The translations under genes and the position numbers were made by a program. A stretch of DNA of 64,000 nucleotides from a virus (taxonomy: Duplodnaviria > Heunggongvirae > Uroviricota > Caudoviricetes): the IMG/VR virus record IMGVR_UViG_3300022661_000054. One strand, given 5' to 3'. Under the pieces are notes generated by a model that was not told the origin of the DNA, ran no database searches, and saw only the letters and a list, made by a program, of their open reading frames with translations. This document shows, in pieces, positions 36,029 through 45,772 of this stretch. Numbering within the stretch: the first letter of the stretch is position 1; each line of letters starts with the position of its first letter.

Positions 36029-36053
36029 TTTTTAAATGCCTTTCTAATCAACT

Positions 36054-38000
36054 TTAGTTATTTTCTGAAAAATCTTTTTCTGAGTCCAAGTCAGCAGGGG
36101 AAGGAAGATCATCTTCTGTTAAGATATTACTAGTAAGTTCTTGTTCCTCAAGAAGAATGTCGCCTGTTCCTGTATTAAACGCTTCTAACGCATCAAGTGA
36201 ACCGAGGTCCATGTCTTCTTCTGCAGATGATTCTGTTTCAGCGCTGTCCATATCTGCGGCCTCCGATGCAGTGTCTACTTCCTCGCCTTCCTCTTCAGCT
36301 TCAAGAGCAGCTTTTTCGATAGCCTCAATTTCAGCATCAATTTCAGTGTTAAGAGCATCACCATAATTGAGCGCCGATAGTAAGGCTTTTAGAATACGTA
36401 GACGACGTGGCTTGTCTTCGATATCAGTAAATAGACCTTGCATACTGCTAATAGCATTAATCTTATTTGTTAATTCATTACGATAATCAATTTCTTCTTG
36501 AGTTACTGGTGCTTTCATTTTTAAAGTGAAGTTATTTAGATAACTCTTAAGTCCTTTGTTTAACAGGAATAGATTAATAGCATCAGTAATAGCTTGAATC
36601 ATTGCATTTTGTACACTTTTAACACCTTTAGCATAAACACTAGATAAAATAGATAGCGAAGTACCACCATTAAACCCGGCCCCATCGTCTGTCCAGCCAA
36701 AGTACTGTTTAGGAATGCCGTAAGAAGAATAAAATTTATTATTCCACCAATCAAGGTCTGCTAGATTTTTTACTTCAACATCCCCGCCAACAGCTTCAAC
36801 AGTAATCTGCCCTTGCCCGCCATGAGTAGCAAAATAAATATTATTTTCAACAGGACCTGGATTATTATATTCTGACATAGAGTTTCCAACATTGATCGCA
36901 CTCTTCTGCTCCATCATATCTTTAACTCTACGTAGTACTTGTTGTACTTGTTCTTTCGGCATATCACCGACTTCAACACCTACTTTACGAACGATGCTAG
37001 AACGTGTAATTCTATTTAAGAGCGCCGCATTCTCAAGTAGTGCTTTTTCACGCCAAATTTTATATGAATCATATAATAGTGACTTGCCACGACGAACACT
37101 ATAAGACTGGCTCTTCTTCCCGTCTTCACCTATGAAAAGCTCAACTTTCTCAGGAAATCTTGTAAAGTTATCTTCTAGACAGGCGTGTACAAAGTCGTCT
37201 GCTTGATACACATTTACATCAGCTGACTTCATTCTAAAGTTATATGTACCTGTCATAGATGACCCAGAAAAAGCTGAAGTAGCATCTAAAGCAGACTCAT
37301 TATTAGGCACTTCTATATAGCCATATGTTTTACCAAATTTAGTTAGCTCAAACATTGTGCCTGGGTCATCAACAGGTTCTACATAAAAACTGTACGGGTC
37401 TGTATCAGAATGTAAGTTTAAATTAACCGCTTCGTCAAGTTTATCTGCATGTGAATTTTTATTTAAATCGTCATATGCTTCATTTAGAGTGCTACGAGCA
37501 GAGTTAGCGATATTAACGTTATCAGGCGTAAATAGCTCATCTGCATAATCCGATTCTCTATACAGACGTAGGTATAGGTCACCATATTTTAACAGTGCGT
37601 ATGTCCAGCCGTACATGTTTTTATCGGCATTCATTATATTTAGTATATAGTTAACAAATTTGCTAATCTGTGGATCATTAGCTTCACACCAAATAACATG
37701 TCCATTATCGGCCGGTTCACAAACATCTTCTGCATAGGTTCTTAGAATAGCAGAAACAGAAGAATCTTGTGCCATGGTGTCAATAAGTTGATATACTTGA
37801 TCTCTTGCGTTTGAGATGCTGGTGAAGTTCTCTAATGAGGACATATCCAGTCTGCTGGTTAAACCAGCCTCGATAATATTATCAACTAGAGTTTTTTGAA
37901 CATCAATATCTAAAGTTGTGGTATTGTCCAGTGTCACAGGCTGTGTTTGACTACCGACTAGTGGATGTGATGTTTTCTTTTTTGTTTTATTTTCAGCCAT
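36054..38000 (-). CDS. Portal protein (T4 gp20-like)
   Basis: KYGDLY, RGKSLL, RITRSSIVRKVGVEVGDMPK (cf. gp20 RITRAP..VDTGNMP), YGIPK; follows terminase. Confidence 0.85.
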   Translation of the reverse strand: MAENKTKKKTSHPLVGSQTQPVTLDNTTTLDIDVQKTLVDNIIEAGLTSRLDMSSLENFTSISNARDQVYQLIDTMAQDSSVSAILRTYAEDVCEPADNGHVIWCEANDPQISKFVNYILNIMNADKNMYGWTYALLKYGDLYLRLYRESDYADELFTPDNVNIANSARSTLNEAYDDLNKNSHADKLDEAVNLNLHSDTDPYSFYVEPVDDPGTMFELTKFGKTYGYIEVPNNESALDATSAFSGSSMTGTYNFRMKSADVNVYQADDFVHACLEDNFTRFPEKVELFIGEDGKKSQSYSVRRGKSLLYDSYKIWREKALLENAALLNRITRSSIVRKVGVEVGDMPKEQVQQVLRRVKDMMEQKSAINVGNSMSEYNNPGPVENNIYFATHGGQGQITVEAVGGDVEVKNLADLDWWNNKFYSSYGIPKQYFGWTDDGAGFNGGTSLSILSSVYAKGVKSVQNAMIQAITDAINLFLLNKGLKSYLNNFTLKMKAPVTQEEIDYRNELTNKINAISSMQGLFTDIEDKPRRLRILKALLSALNYGDALNTEIDAEIEAIEKAALEAEEEGEEVDTASEAADMDSAETESSAEEDMDLGSLDALEAFNTGTGDILLEEQELTSNILTEDDLPSPADLDSEKDFSENN

Positions 38001-38016
38001 AATCTACGGTCTCCTC

Positions 38017-40068
38017 TTATAAAATAATAATACCGTTCATAATATCTTGGTATGTTTCATATTCTTGTTTTTTCTGTTGAGCTACTACAGCATCAGCTGC
38101 AGACATATCAAAATAAATTTTAGTTAATTCTTCTTCAAAGGAAGCAATCATTTGATGCTTTTTGTAGTCATCAGAGTCAGCTACATTAACATCTAAAGAC
38201 GTTTCTAGATTTTCTCCATAATCATAAGCATATTCTTCTGCAAACTCACTTGCTAAAAATAGTGAACCGCAGACTGCGTCAGCCTGGTCTTTTGAGAAAT
38301 TTTGTGGGTGGTCTATATGGCCATCTGAAAGCCTCTCTAAACTGACTATTTCTTCAGTAAGCAATGTACAATCCTTATACATTTGTATATGACGTTCATA
38401 TATAGCAGATTTAAAAAAAGCATATGGTAAACACGTTTTTGTAGAGTTATCTACACGGTCAACAGAAAGTATTTTAGTTTTAAATCCATCACTTTTTAAC
38501 TGCTGCTGAATTTGAGCGCTTTGATAGGTATCCGAGCTGACTCCTTTTATAGCAAAACCTCGGTCTCTTAACCAACGTATAAAGTTTCTATTTTTTTCAA
38601 AACTTACTTGAAATCCTTTAGGGGCTTTGACTGACACAGAAAAAGCTAATTTAAACTCAAGTTCTTTACTCGGGTCACTACTACCTGCTTGCTGAGGGCG
38701 TTTTCCGGTTATCCAAACACCAGCAATACCAGTTTTGTCTCCAGATAAAGACATATCAAGATGTATAAATAACGGTCTAGCCATGTCCCTAGGATTAACA
38801 CGTGATAAATCAAAGAAGTTAGAGTATTGCATCACATCATCTGGACTATTACCAACTTCAATAACGTCTTTAGTAAATGGATTTCTATAAGTATCTGTCT
38901 TTATCTGGTTTAGACGGACACCTGAGATATATTTAGTCGTACTTGAAGTTGAAATACCTGCATTATCAGTGAGGGCAAGGTCCATGTTATCTTCAAAAGC
39001 TTCTCTATAAATAGGAGGAACTTTTAGCATAAAGTAACCTTTTTCTCTATAAGCGTTTACTTCTTCTTCAGTAGCATCTATAGGTAGAAGTTCATGCGCT
39101 AAGAATTTATTACCGACTGCAACATAAAAACTTCCAGGGTCATCTGGAGATCCTTTATCATTTCTCACTACCCACTGTGGTTCATCTACAATTAGAGTTG
39201 TCTTACTCTCATTTTGTCGCTTCATTTCTATGTACGATTCCATAAAAGCTTGTTCAGAATCTTTTGATGAAGCAATAATATTCATCGTTGGAAGATAGGT
39301 GCCTTTACCAAAACGAGAAATCATACGAGCATCAATCTGAGAAATCATCTTTTTTAATTTTGCTTTTTGTTTTTCTACATTATTACCAACGCCGAAGTTA
39401 ACTTCATCAGAAAAGTTTGAAAATAGGGCACGACCAACAACGTGACGATTGCTAGAACCAAATACAAGCTCAATTCCCTTTGGAGGTTGCCACTGTGGGT
39501 TTGTTCTACTAGCGTTCATATTACCGCGTTCCATAAACCAGTCGGAACTTTGTAATAATTGTTGCATTTTATCCCAACCAACACCTTGAGCAGCCTCTAA
39601 TGTGACGTTTAGCATTGAGAATGTGATCTTGTCTATTGGCTGCATACCGTAGTATGTATAAGGGTCTTTTAGACACAACATTCTATATAATAAATATAGC
39701 TGACATACTACTGCGATAAAAGATTTACCAAGACCGATAGAGCCGGTTAAAATTACAGTATTGTATCTTGTAGTTAAGTTATCGGGAAATATCTCTTTTA
39801 ACTTTTCAACCCAATATGGGAATACTGTGCACTTTCGCTCTCCAGTAAACTCATCTTTAATATAGAGTCCACGCCCAAGATAGCGTTCATCCGAAATAAA
39901 CGTCATTATGTCTACTGGTACTTCTTCAAAGTCGGAATATTTTAGGTCTTCTAACGTGTTTGAAAAACCTTCTTGCGAGTACTCTTTTAAAATTTCAAGT
40001 GCAAGCGCACGCTCTTCAGGAGACAGGCTATTTAGTTGTTCTAAACTTATTTCGTTTGATATCATCAA
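38017..40068 (-). CDS. terL: Terminase large subunit
   Basis: Walker A GSIGLGKS, Walker B FSDEVN, RNase H-like HLDMS, SSDTYQS and KDQADA acids. Confidence 0.9.
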   Translation of the reverse strand: MMISNEISLEQLNSLSPEERALALEILKEYSQEGFSNTLEDLKYSDFEEVPVDIMTFISDERYLGRGLYIKDEFTGERKCTVFPYWVEKLKEIFPDNLTTRYNTVILTGSIGLGKSFIAVVCQLYLLYRMLCLKDPYTYYGMQPIDKITFSMLNVTLEAAQGVGWDKMQQLLQSSDWFMERGNMNASRTNPQWQPPKGIELVFGSSNRHVVGRALFSNFSDEVNFGVGNNVEKQKAKLKKMISQIDARMISRFGKGTYLPTMNIIASSKDSEQAFMESYIEMKRQNESKTTLIVDEPQWVVRNDKGSPDDPGSFYVAVGNKFLAHELLPIDATEEEVNAYREKGYFMLKVPPIYREAFEDNMDLALTDNAGISTSSTTKYISGVRLNQIKTDTYRNPFTKDVIEVGNSPDDVMQYSNFFDLSRVNPRDMARPLFIHLDMSLSGDKTGIAGVWITGKRPQQAGSSDPSKELEFKLAFSVSVKAPKGFQVSFEKNRNFIRWLRDRGFAIKGVSSDTYQSAQIQQQLKSDGFKTKILSVDRVDNSTKTCLPYAFFKSAIYERHIQMYKDCTLLTEEIVSLERLSDGHIDHPQNFSKDQADAVCGSLFLASEFAEEYAYDYGENLETSLDVNVADSDDYKKHQMIASFEEELTKIYFDMSAADAVVAQQKKQEYETYQDIMNGIIIL

Positions 40069-40094
40069 GTCGAAAATTCTCCTTTTTACTATAT

Positions 40095-40102
40095 ATTATA
40101 CA
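40095..40102 (-). promoter_or_regulatory. TGTATAAT -10-type element upstream of terminase
   Basis: Recurrent element. Confidence 0.5.
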
Positions 40103-40105
40103 ATA

Positions 40106-41029
40106 TTACTTTTTATCTTCCGTTTCTTCGTGTGATGCCTCTGTTGCTTTGGTAGCAGAGGCCTTATTGTCAGAAGTTTCTTTAGTTTCTTTATCCTGTT
40201 CTTTAGAAAGTTTATCAGCATAAACTGGGTTAATATTAGAACCTTTTTTAAACTTTCCACGATTTTTTGCCCAGTCATTAATAACATCGATAAGGTCTTT
40301 TCCAGTTTCTAAGTCTTCATTATCAGCTACTATTTCATTCTCAGCTGCTTCATCGGCAGGCACTCCATAAAGCTTTGGAAATACCAATTTTAGGAAAGCT
40401 TCTGGTTTTTTCTCAGATAAGAAATGACAATAGTTATTAATTACAGAGCTGACACGCATCATCCAGTCACCATTAGCTAATACTAATAATGAGTGTTTAC
40501 AACCTCTACCTTTATCATCGTTGGGGTTTGCAATACCTTTGCCGGGTCCTGGGTCTTTAGAAGAATCATCAACAGACACATTTTTTAAGATATTCCAGTG
40601 AGCAAAGCGATATTTAAAATCTGGACAAGTACATTTTATATAAACATCTGTAGTATTAAATACTTTTGTCAATGCTTGAACAATTGTTCTATATTCAAGT
40701 TTATTGCCGTTATTTTTTATATTCTTATTAATTTCAGCAACAACGCCCTCAAGTTTAATAGTAACAGTATACTCATCGCTTTCTCCGACGACAGGAATAT
40801 TCACTAATAAAATATCCTGTTTAAAAAGTGAGTTCATGTCTATCTTATTATAGCTTTTAACAGCATTAGCAAGTTTAGAGTACTTCTTTCTTTGGAATCT
40901 ATTAGCGCCTCTTTCTTTGTTTTTATACACACCAACGTTTCTAGACTGTGCTATGAGAGAAGTACGATTAGCTTCTGTTAGTTTAAGTAATTCAGTTAAG
41001 CATTGTTCCTGAAGAGTTTGTTTTCTCAT
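40106..41029 (-). CDS. SWIM zinc-finger protein
   Basis: CTCPDF...GCKH signature. Confidence 0.7.
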   Translation of the reverse strand: MRKQTLQEQCLTELLKLTEANRTSLIAQSRNVGVYKNKERGANRFQRKKYSKLANAVKSYNKIDMNSLFKQDILLVNIPVVGESDEYTVTIKLEGVVAEINKNIKNNGNKLEYRTIVQALTKVFNTTDVYIKCTCPDFKYRFAHWNILKNVSVDDSSKDPGPGKGIANPNDDKGRGCKHSLLVLANGDWMMRVSSVINNYCHFLSEKKPEAFLKLVFPKLYGVPADEAAENEIVADNEDLETGKDLIDVINDWAKNRGKFKKGSNINPVYADKLSKEQDKETKETSDNKASATKATEASHEETEDKK

Positions 41030-41062
41030 TACTATTTAAGTCCTTTCAAATGAATTACTGTA

Positions 41063-41074
41063 TAATTTAGCAAA
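41063..41074 (-). promoter_or_regulatory. Putative late promoter TTTGCTAAATTA
   Basis: Motif copy. Confidence 0.7.
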
Positions 41075-41090
41075 TTATTTAGAGATAAAA

Positions 41091-41122
41091 AATAAAGAGT
41101 GCCTACTTCAGCACTCTTTATT
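41091..41122 (-). terminator. Terminator
   Basis: aataaagagtgc / gcactctttatt. Confidence 0.85.
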
Positions 41123-41126
41123 AATT

Positions 41127-42629
41127 TTACATATTTACGTCAATAGTTCCACGAATATCATAGTGTTTAGTAGGTAACTGTGTAGTTGCCATTTGGCTAA
41201 AATCATACTTACCATTTTCATGCGTACTAGCTTCAATAACAAAAGGTAAACTTCTGACAGCTCTAAGTACTGAGCTTATTTCTGAGGCCTTTAGGTTATA
41301 GATATAAAACATTCCATTATCTTGAATTACAGGCGGATGTTGATTTGCCATTTTAGTAATTTGATTATATATATCAAGACGTTTTTTATTGTCTAAGCGT
41401 TCTTCTAAAGAAAGTCGTTTAGATACAAGTTCATTTCGATATTCTTTAAACTTATCTAGATAACCTTTATTACGAAGCTCTTTAAAAGCTAAATTTTCTA
41501 TTGAATATTCACCTTTTGATATTCCTTTTTTACGAAGTTTTTCATAAATATCTTCAAGTATCTTTACAACCTTTTTTTCGTCATCTAGCTTATCTGATTT
41601 TATATCATCGATAAGTTTTTTACAGTCAGCTTCCCATTCAGCTACAAGCTCATCAAGTGCCTTAGTATCATATTCTGGAATATCTTCAGCTACAGGCTTT
41701 TTAATCCATTTGTTTTTCTTTACTGAATATACACCATTGCTAACTCTAGCACTGTCCTCAGTCTCAACAAAGATCTCTAATGGAATATCATAAAGCTTTA
41801 TATCAAGTTGTTTATTAAAAATAGTTCTATAAGCGCCATATAAAGCTGCTGCGATCTCTTTGTCATATTTGGCAGCTTTTGCATTAGCTAGTACATGTAG
41901 GTCTATATCACTATCTTTTGTGTAGTTATAACTAGCATTAGAACCAATAAATATTATATCTTCAACTTTTATTCTAATATCTTGCTCTTTTAAATCGGCT
42001 AAAAATTCATCTACAATTTCTAGCATTTTATCTCTAACACGATCTTTTAAAAGTTCTTCTTTTGTAAATAATTTTGAATTTAAAGTATTATGCTTTTCTA
42101 CTGCTTCATTAAGGTTTGCTACATCTTTTTGTGAAATTTGTTCTATAAGTTCTGTAACAGAAACTTGATCACATAAACTTGCAATATACTGTGCGTCGTT
42201 TAGCCAAACATTATTAGCAACATTTTTAAGATCATTTGATGTATAGCCCCAGTTTTTAATTGCACGCTTTAGCTGGTCAATAAGTTCCTGCCAATCAATT
42301 GCTATTGCGACTATTAAATACTTTAAAGCTATATCAAGCTTAGGTTGAGGTGCTTTTCTTCTAACTTTAGTATTAGCAGCCTTATTATAAGAAGCCATTG
42401 ATTTATTATATTTACCAATACTTACATTATATGAAATTCCCCAAGGAGTTTCATTAAAATGCGCTTTGTTCCATGCATCTCTGTCTGGTGTTCCTTGTTT
42501 AGCCTCATAACTTAGTTTGGCAGTTAAGAGTTTTTCAAAGTCCTCTCTACTAGGTATTACTAATTTAGGGTCTGTTATTTGTGGTACTGCCATATTAATC
42601 CTCCTTAACAGCTCGCATAGGAACAACAA
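41127..42629 (-). CDS. Multidomain protein with Pol-beta-superfamily nucleotidyltransferase (likely start ATG 42593)
   Basis: FIGSNASYNYTKDSDIDLHV (GS..DxD) plus EIFVE third acid; AAGGAGG RBS before 42593. Confidence 0.75.
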   Translation of the reverse strand: MLFLCELLRRINMAVPQITDPKLVIPSREDFEKLLTAKLSYEAKQGTPDRDAWNKAHFNETPWGISYNVSIGKYNKSMASYNKAANTKVRRKAPQPKLDIALKYLIVAIAIDWQELIDQLKRAIKNWGYTSNDLKNVANNVWLNDAQYIASLCDQVSVTELIEQISQKDVANLNEAVEKHNTLNSKLFTKEELLKDRVRDKMLEIVDEFLADLKEQDIRIKVEDIIFIGSNASYNYTKDSDIDLHVLANAKAAKYDKEIAAALYGAYRTIFNKQLDIKLYDIPLEIFVETEDSARVSNGVYSVKKNKWIKKPVAEDIPEYDTKALDELVAEWEADCKKLIDDIKSDKLDDEKKVVKILEDIYEKLRKKGISKGEYSIENLAFKELRNKGYLDKFKEYRNELVSKRLSLEERLDNKKRLDIYNQITKMANQHPPVIQDNGMFYIYNLKASEISSVLRAVRSLPFVIEASTHENGKYDFSQMATTQLPTKHYDIRGTIDVNM

Positions 42630-43347
42630 ATTTTAAGTTACAACCGTCGCAACAGCGCCCGTCAGCTGATGACATAAAAGGCTCAGGATTATTTCCATGA
42701 CCTTCAACAGGTTCTCCGCAGATACAACAGAAATTTTCTTTAGCTTCTGTTAGCTTTTCACCGTATACATTATAATCATCAAAATCTAAGTTAAAGAAGC
42801 TTTCTTCTAACTCTGTAGCATCAGTCATACGGTCGGAGTACTCTGCTTTGAATTCTTTTTCAGGCGCTTTAGCAACATTTGCAAAATGTTTACGATCTTC
42901 TTCTTTTTTGATAGAAAGATCGTAATCCATGACTTTTACTTTATTTTTATCGTAAAGAATTCCATCGTCATAGTAATAAATAATATCACTATTCATAAGC
43001 TTTGAAACGTCTTTATCGTCGCCTAGATTATTTAAGGTATAAATAGAGCAGTTAGCATTACCAATTTCAATTAGAGCTTTAATAATTTCTGCTTTATTGC
43101 TGCAGAATAAATTCTGTGGGCGGATGTAGTAACGACGTACATATCTTTTTGCTTCAGTAAGTGCGCCTCCTTCTGATACAGCAGCATCTATGGTTGCACC
43201 TTGGTCAAAATCTGTACCCATAGCTTTATTAAATCTATCAATATTTAACCCAATACTACCGGTGGTATAACCTATAGAGTCACATACTTTTTTAGTTCTG
43301 CGTCTTCTCTTTTTGGCTTCAGCCATAGCTTCTTTATTTGTAGTCAT
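42595..43347 (-). CDS. Hypothetical protein with C-terminal zinc finger
   Basis: CCICGE..GNNPEP..CCDGC; LTEA x2, LEES. Confidence 0.7.
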   Translation of the reverse strand: MTTNKEAMAEAKKRRRRTKKVCDSIGYTTGSIGLNIDRFNKAMGTDFDQGATIDAAVSEGGALTEAKRYVRRYYIRPQNLFCSNKAEIIKALIEIGNANCSIYTLNNLGDDKDVSKLMNSDIIYYYDDGILYDKNKVKVMDYDLSIKKEEDRKHFANVAKAPEKEFKAEYSDRMTDATELEESFFNLDFDDYNVYGEKLTEAKENFCCICGEPVEGHGNNPEPFMSSADGRCCDGCNLKFVVPMRAVKED

Positions 43348-43378
43348 TAGAAGTATTCTCCTTATGAAAAGTATATTT

Positions 43379-43437
43379 AAAAGAAAGACGGAACGCAGCG
43401 GTGGTGAAAGGCTAAGTCCACCGCCACGACCATCGTA
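43379..43437 (-). ncRNA. Candidate small hairpin RNA or attenuator
   Basis: GC-rich 16-bp interrupted stem with 13-nt loop and U tract, immediately after a late motif. Confidence 0.5.
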
Positions 43438-43449
43438 TAATTTAGCAAA
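43438..43449 (-). promoter_or_regulatory. Putative late promoter TTTGCTAAATTA
   Basis: Motif copy. Confidence 0.7.
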
Positions 43450-43450
43450 A

Positions 43451-43486
43451 AATAAAACACCTTAAAAAATATTAAGGTGTTTTATT
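43451..43486 (-). terminator. Terminator ending the AAA/vWA operon
   Basis: aataaaacaccttaa / ttaaggtgttttatt. Confidence 0.85.
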
Positions 43487-43490
43487 ATAT

Positions 43491-43943
43491 TTAGTTACCA
43501 TAAAGGTCTTCATCAGAAATAGGCTCACCAGAAGGCTCATCGAAATCTACAAAATATTCGAAAGGCTCAAAGTCAGTACTGTGTATTTTAGTGTTATCTG
43601 GAACTTCGTCGTAAGAAGCTTCATAATTTAGTTCAATGTCTGCAGTAACTTTAGGTTCTACTGCTACTTCTACTTCTGGGGTTTCTACAGGTGCATTAGG
43701 TACAGCACAGTCTTCAGCCGCTAAACTAGCATCGCTAGTTAAATTTTCCAAACCGCCTATAAAAACATAATAACTAGTAAGTAGGTTTTTAAGTAGTTGA
43801 ACTAAAGCAATATTTTCTTTAGTTGTTTCTATGTTTTCAATCTGATGCTGTAGATGTTCAATATCTTGCCAACTTTTAACTTCTAAGTCATTTAGAAAGT
43901 CTTTAGTAATTTTTATTTTATCTTTTAATTCGTATGTACTCAT
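43491..43943 (-). CDS. Acidic hypothetical protein
   Basis: AAGGAG RBS; last gene of operon. Confidence 0.7.
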   Translation of the reverse strand: MSTYELKDKIKITKDFLNDLEVKSWQDIEHLQHQIENIETTKENIALVQLLKNLLTSYYVFIGGLENLTSDASLAAEDCAVPNAPVETPEVEVAVEPKVTADIELNYEASYDEVPDNTKIHSTDFEPFEYFVDFDEPSGEPISDEDLYGN

Positions 43944-43952
43944 TTAGTCTCC

Positions 43953-45752
43953 TTAAGCGTCAGCAGTACTGAACGAGAATTGCTGTGTACCTCCACGTCC
44001 TTTAAGATCGCGTGGCAGTCTAGGTGCATTTATACCATCACGCCATAGGTACCAAACATAACCTGGAACAATATATGATAAAGCTTTTGGACCATTCCAC
44101 CAATTTTCCATATCAGCGTCAGTCATGATAATAACATTTGTTGCTTGCGTACTAATAACATTTTTAACAATTTCATTCCAACCAGAGGTACCGCCAGAAG
44201 CACGAGCGTCTCCTGCATCCGTATAAACATCATCAGAAAAGTAAAATATATTTATTTTAATTTGTCCATTTTCTTCCATTTCAACTAGTTGTTGAACAGC
44301 TTTTTGTCCTACAGCAATATCACTCTCATCCCAAGAACCAGACTGGTCAAAATAAAAGTCAATAACTGGAATTTTCTTGTTTGATAACTCATTTATTTTT
44401 TTACCAGGCTGAAGTACGCCAGCGCCCATGTTACGTCTACTAATAGCACCCCAAGAGTCATCACGAGTTTCTTCTACGTGAACTTGTAGTGCTATGGCTC
44501 TATACAAACTACTTAAAAAGTCTTGGAAGCCTTTAAAAGAGCTTCTAGCACGAGCTTTATATTTATTTGCTTCTTTTTCGCGTGCTTGAACTGCTTGGGT
44601 CTCAGCACGAATTTGTGCTATATCTTCTGCAGATAATTCTTGCTGTGTTCTAGTACTAGCTATATCATCTTTGATTTCTTGTGCTTGAAGTGCACGATCT
44701 TCATCAGACGTAAATGTAAGGTCAGAGTCACCTAGAGCTTCTATCGCATCAAATACTCTGTTAATCAATAAATTGAATTCATCATCAGAAATATCTTTTA
44801 AACTTTTTGAAACTGCTTCAGTAAGCGATTCCAGAGCTTCTATGGCTTTTTCTAGCTCACGTACTAGACTAGCTGAAGCTTTTTTAGTTTTTGCTTTATC
44901 TAAAGCAACTTTAGCAGCCTGTAGTGTACGTTCACGCTTTATTTTACGGGCTTCCTGTTTTGTTTTGGCAGTTTCATCATCAAAAGTATCTCTTAGATTA
45001 TCATCTAATAAGTCATCTTCATCAAAGTCTTCGATGTCATCGTCATCAGATAGCTCATTATCATCATAGCCGTCTGACGCAGCAGCATCATCTGATTCAT
45101 CGCCGTTTAGCTCACCGGTATCATCGCTGAGTTCATCTGTATCTGTAGAAGACTCAGTACCATCAGCTGCTTCAGAATTGTCGTCAACATCAGAGTCGTC
45201 CTCTGTGCTATCTCCGTCAGCATCTGCTGAGGTTTCGTCACTTGTAGAATCGTCTGTTTCTGCATCAGTAGGTGTTTGTTCATCATCCGACTTTTCAGCA
45301 TCTTTAGAAGTACCATCCCCTATGCTATCATCATCAGAAGCAGTGTCAGTGGTATCGTTTGAGCCGTCAGTATCACCGCTATCATCTGTACTATCGGTTG
45401 TATCACTATCAGCACCAGAGCTTGATGAATTACTAGATGAATCAGAATTGTTACTAGAATCATCTTCAGGGTCGTTATATTGTACCTGATCAAGGATATT
45501 ATCTTCATCCTCAATTTCTACATCATCATTACTGCCAGGTGCTTGGTGTTTTCTCGATGGCTGAAGTAGATCAGGGTCTATCTCAACGTCTTCAGCACCA
45601 CCGCCACCACCAGCTACTCCAGCTCCACCTCCAAAATTAGGTGGTGGAGTTCTTGAATCTAAAATAGCTTCGATTGCCTCTAAAGCTCCTCGTTTTGCTT
45701 CTGGATTTGTTAAGTCTAAACCAAGACTATCTAAAATATCTTTAATATCCAT
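43953..45752 (-). CDS. vWA (MIDAS) protein with long Asp/Ser-rich linker
   Basis: FYFDQSGSW (DxSxS), GGT, IMTDAD. Confidence 0.8.
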   Translation of the reverse strand: MDIKDILDSLGLDLTNPEAKRGALEAIEAILDSRTPPPNFGGGAGVAGGGGGAEDVEIDPDLLQPSRKHQAPGSNDDVEIEDEDNILDQVQYNDPEDDSSNNSDSSSNSSSSGADSDTTDSTDDSGDTDGSNDTTDTASDDDSIGDGTSKDAEKSDDEQTPTDAETDDSTSDETSADADGDSTEDDSDVDDNSEAADGTESSTDTDELSDDTGELNGDESDDAAASDGYDDNELSDDDDIEDFDEDDLLDDNLRDTFDDETAKTKQEARKIKRERTLQAAKVALDKAKTKKASASLVRELEKAIEALESLTEAVSKSLKDISDDEFNLLINRVFDAIEALGDSDLTFTSDEDRALQAQEIKDDIASTRTQQELSAEDIAQIRAETQAVQAREKEANKYKARARSSFKGFQDFLSSLYRAIALQVHVEETRDDSWGAISRRNMGAGVLQPGKKINELSNKKIPVIDFYFDQSGSWDESDIAVGQKAVQQLVEMEENGQIKINIFYFSDDVYTDAGDARASGGTSGWNEIVKNVISTQATNVIIMTDADMENWWNGPKALSYIVPGYVWYLWRDGINAPRLPRDLKGRGGTQQFSFSTADA

Positions 45753-45772
45753 TTGTTATAACTCACCTTTCT

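Noticed and set aside
38017-40068. Intein or intron in terminase (also checked helicase, topA, capsid)
   Set aside because: Lengths and motif spacing are normal; no C/S...HN splice motifs or LAGLIDADG/HNH inserts seen
43379-43437. tRNA or tRNA fragment
   Set aside because: Single long hairpin with no cloverleaf, T-loop or CCA; no tRNA genes were recognised in the window
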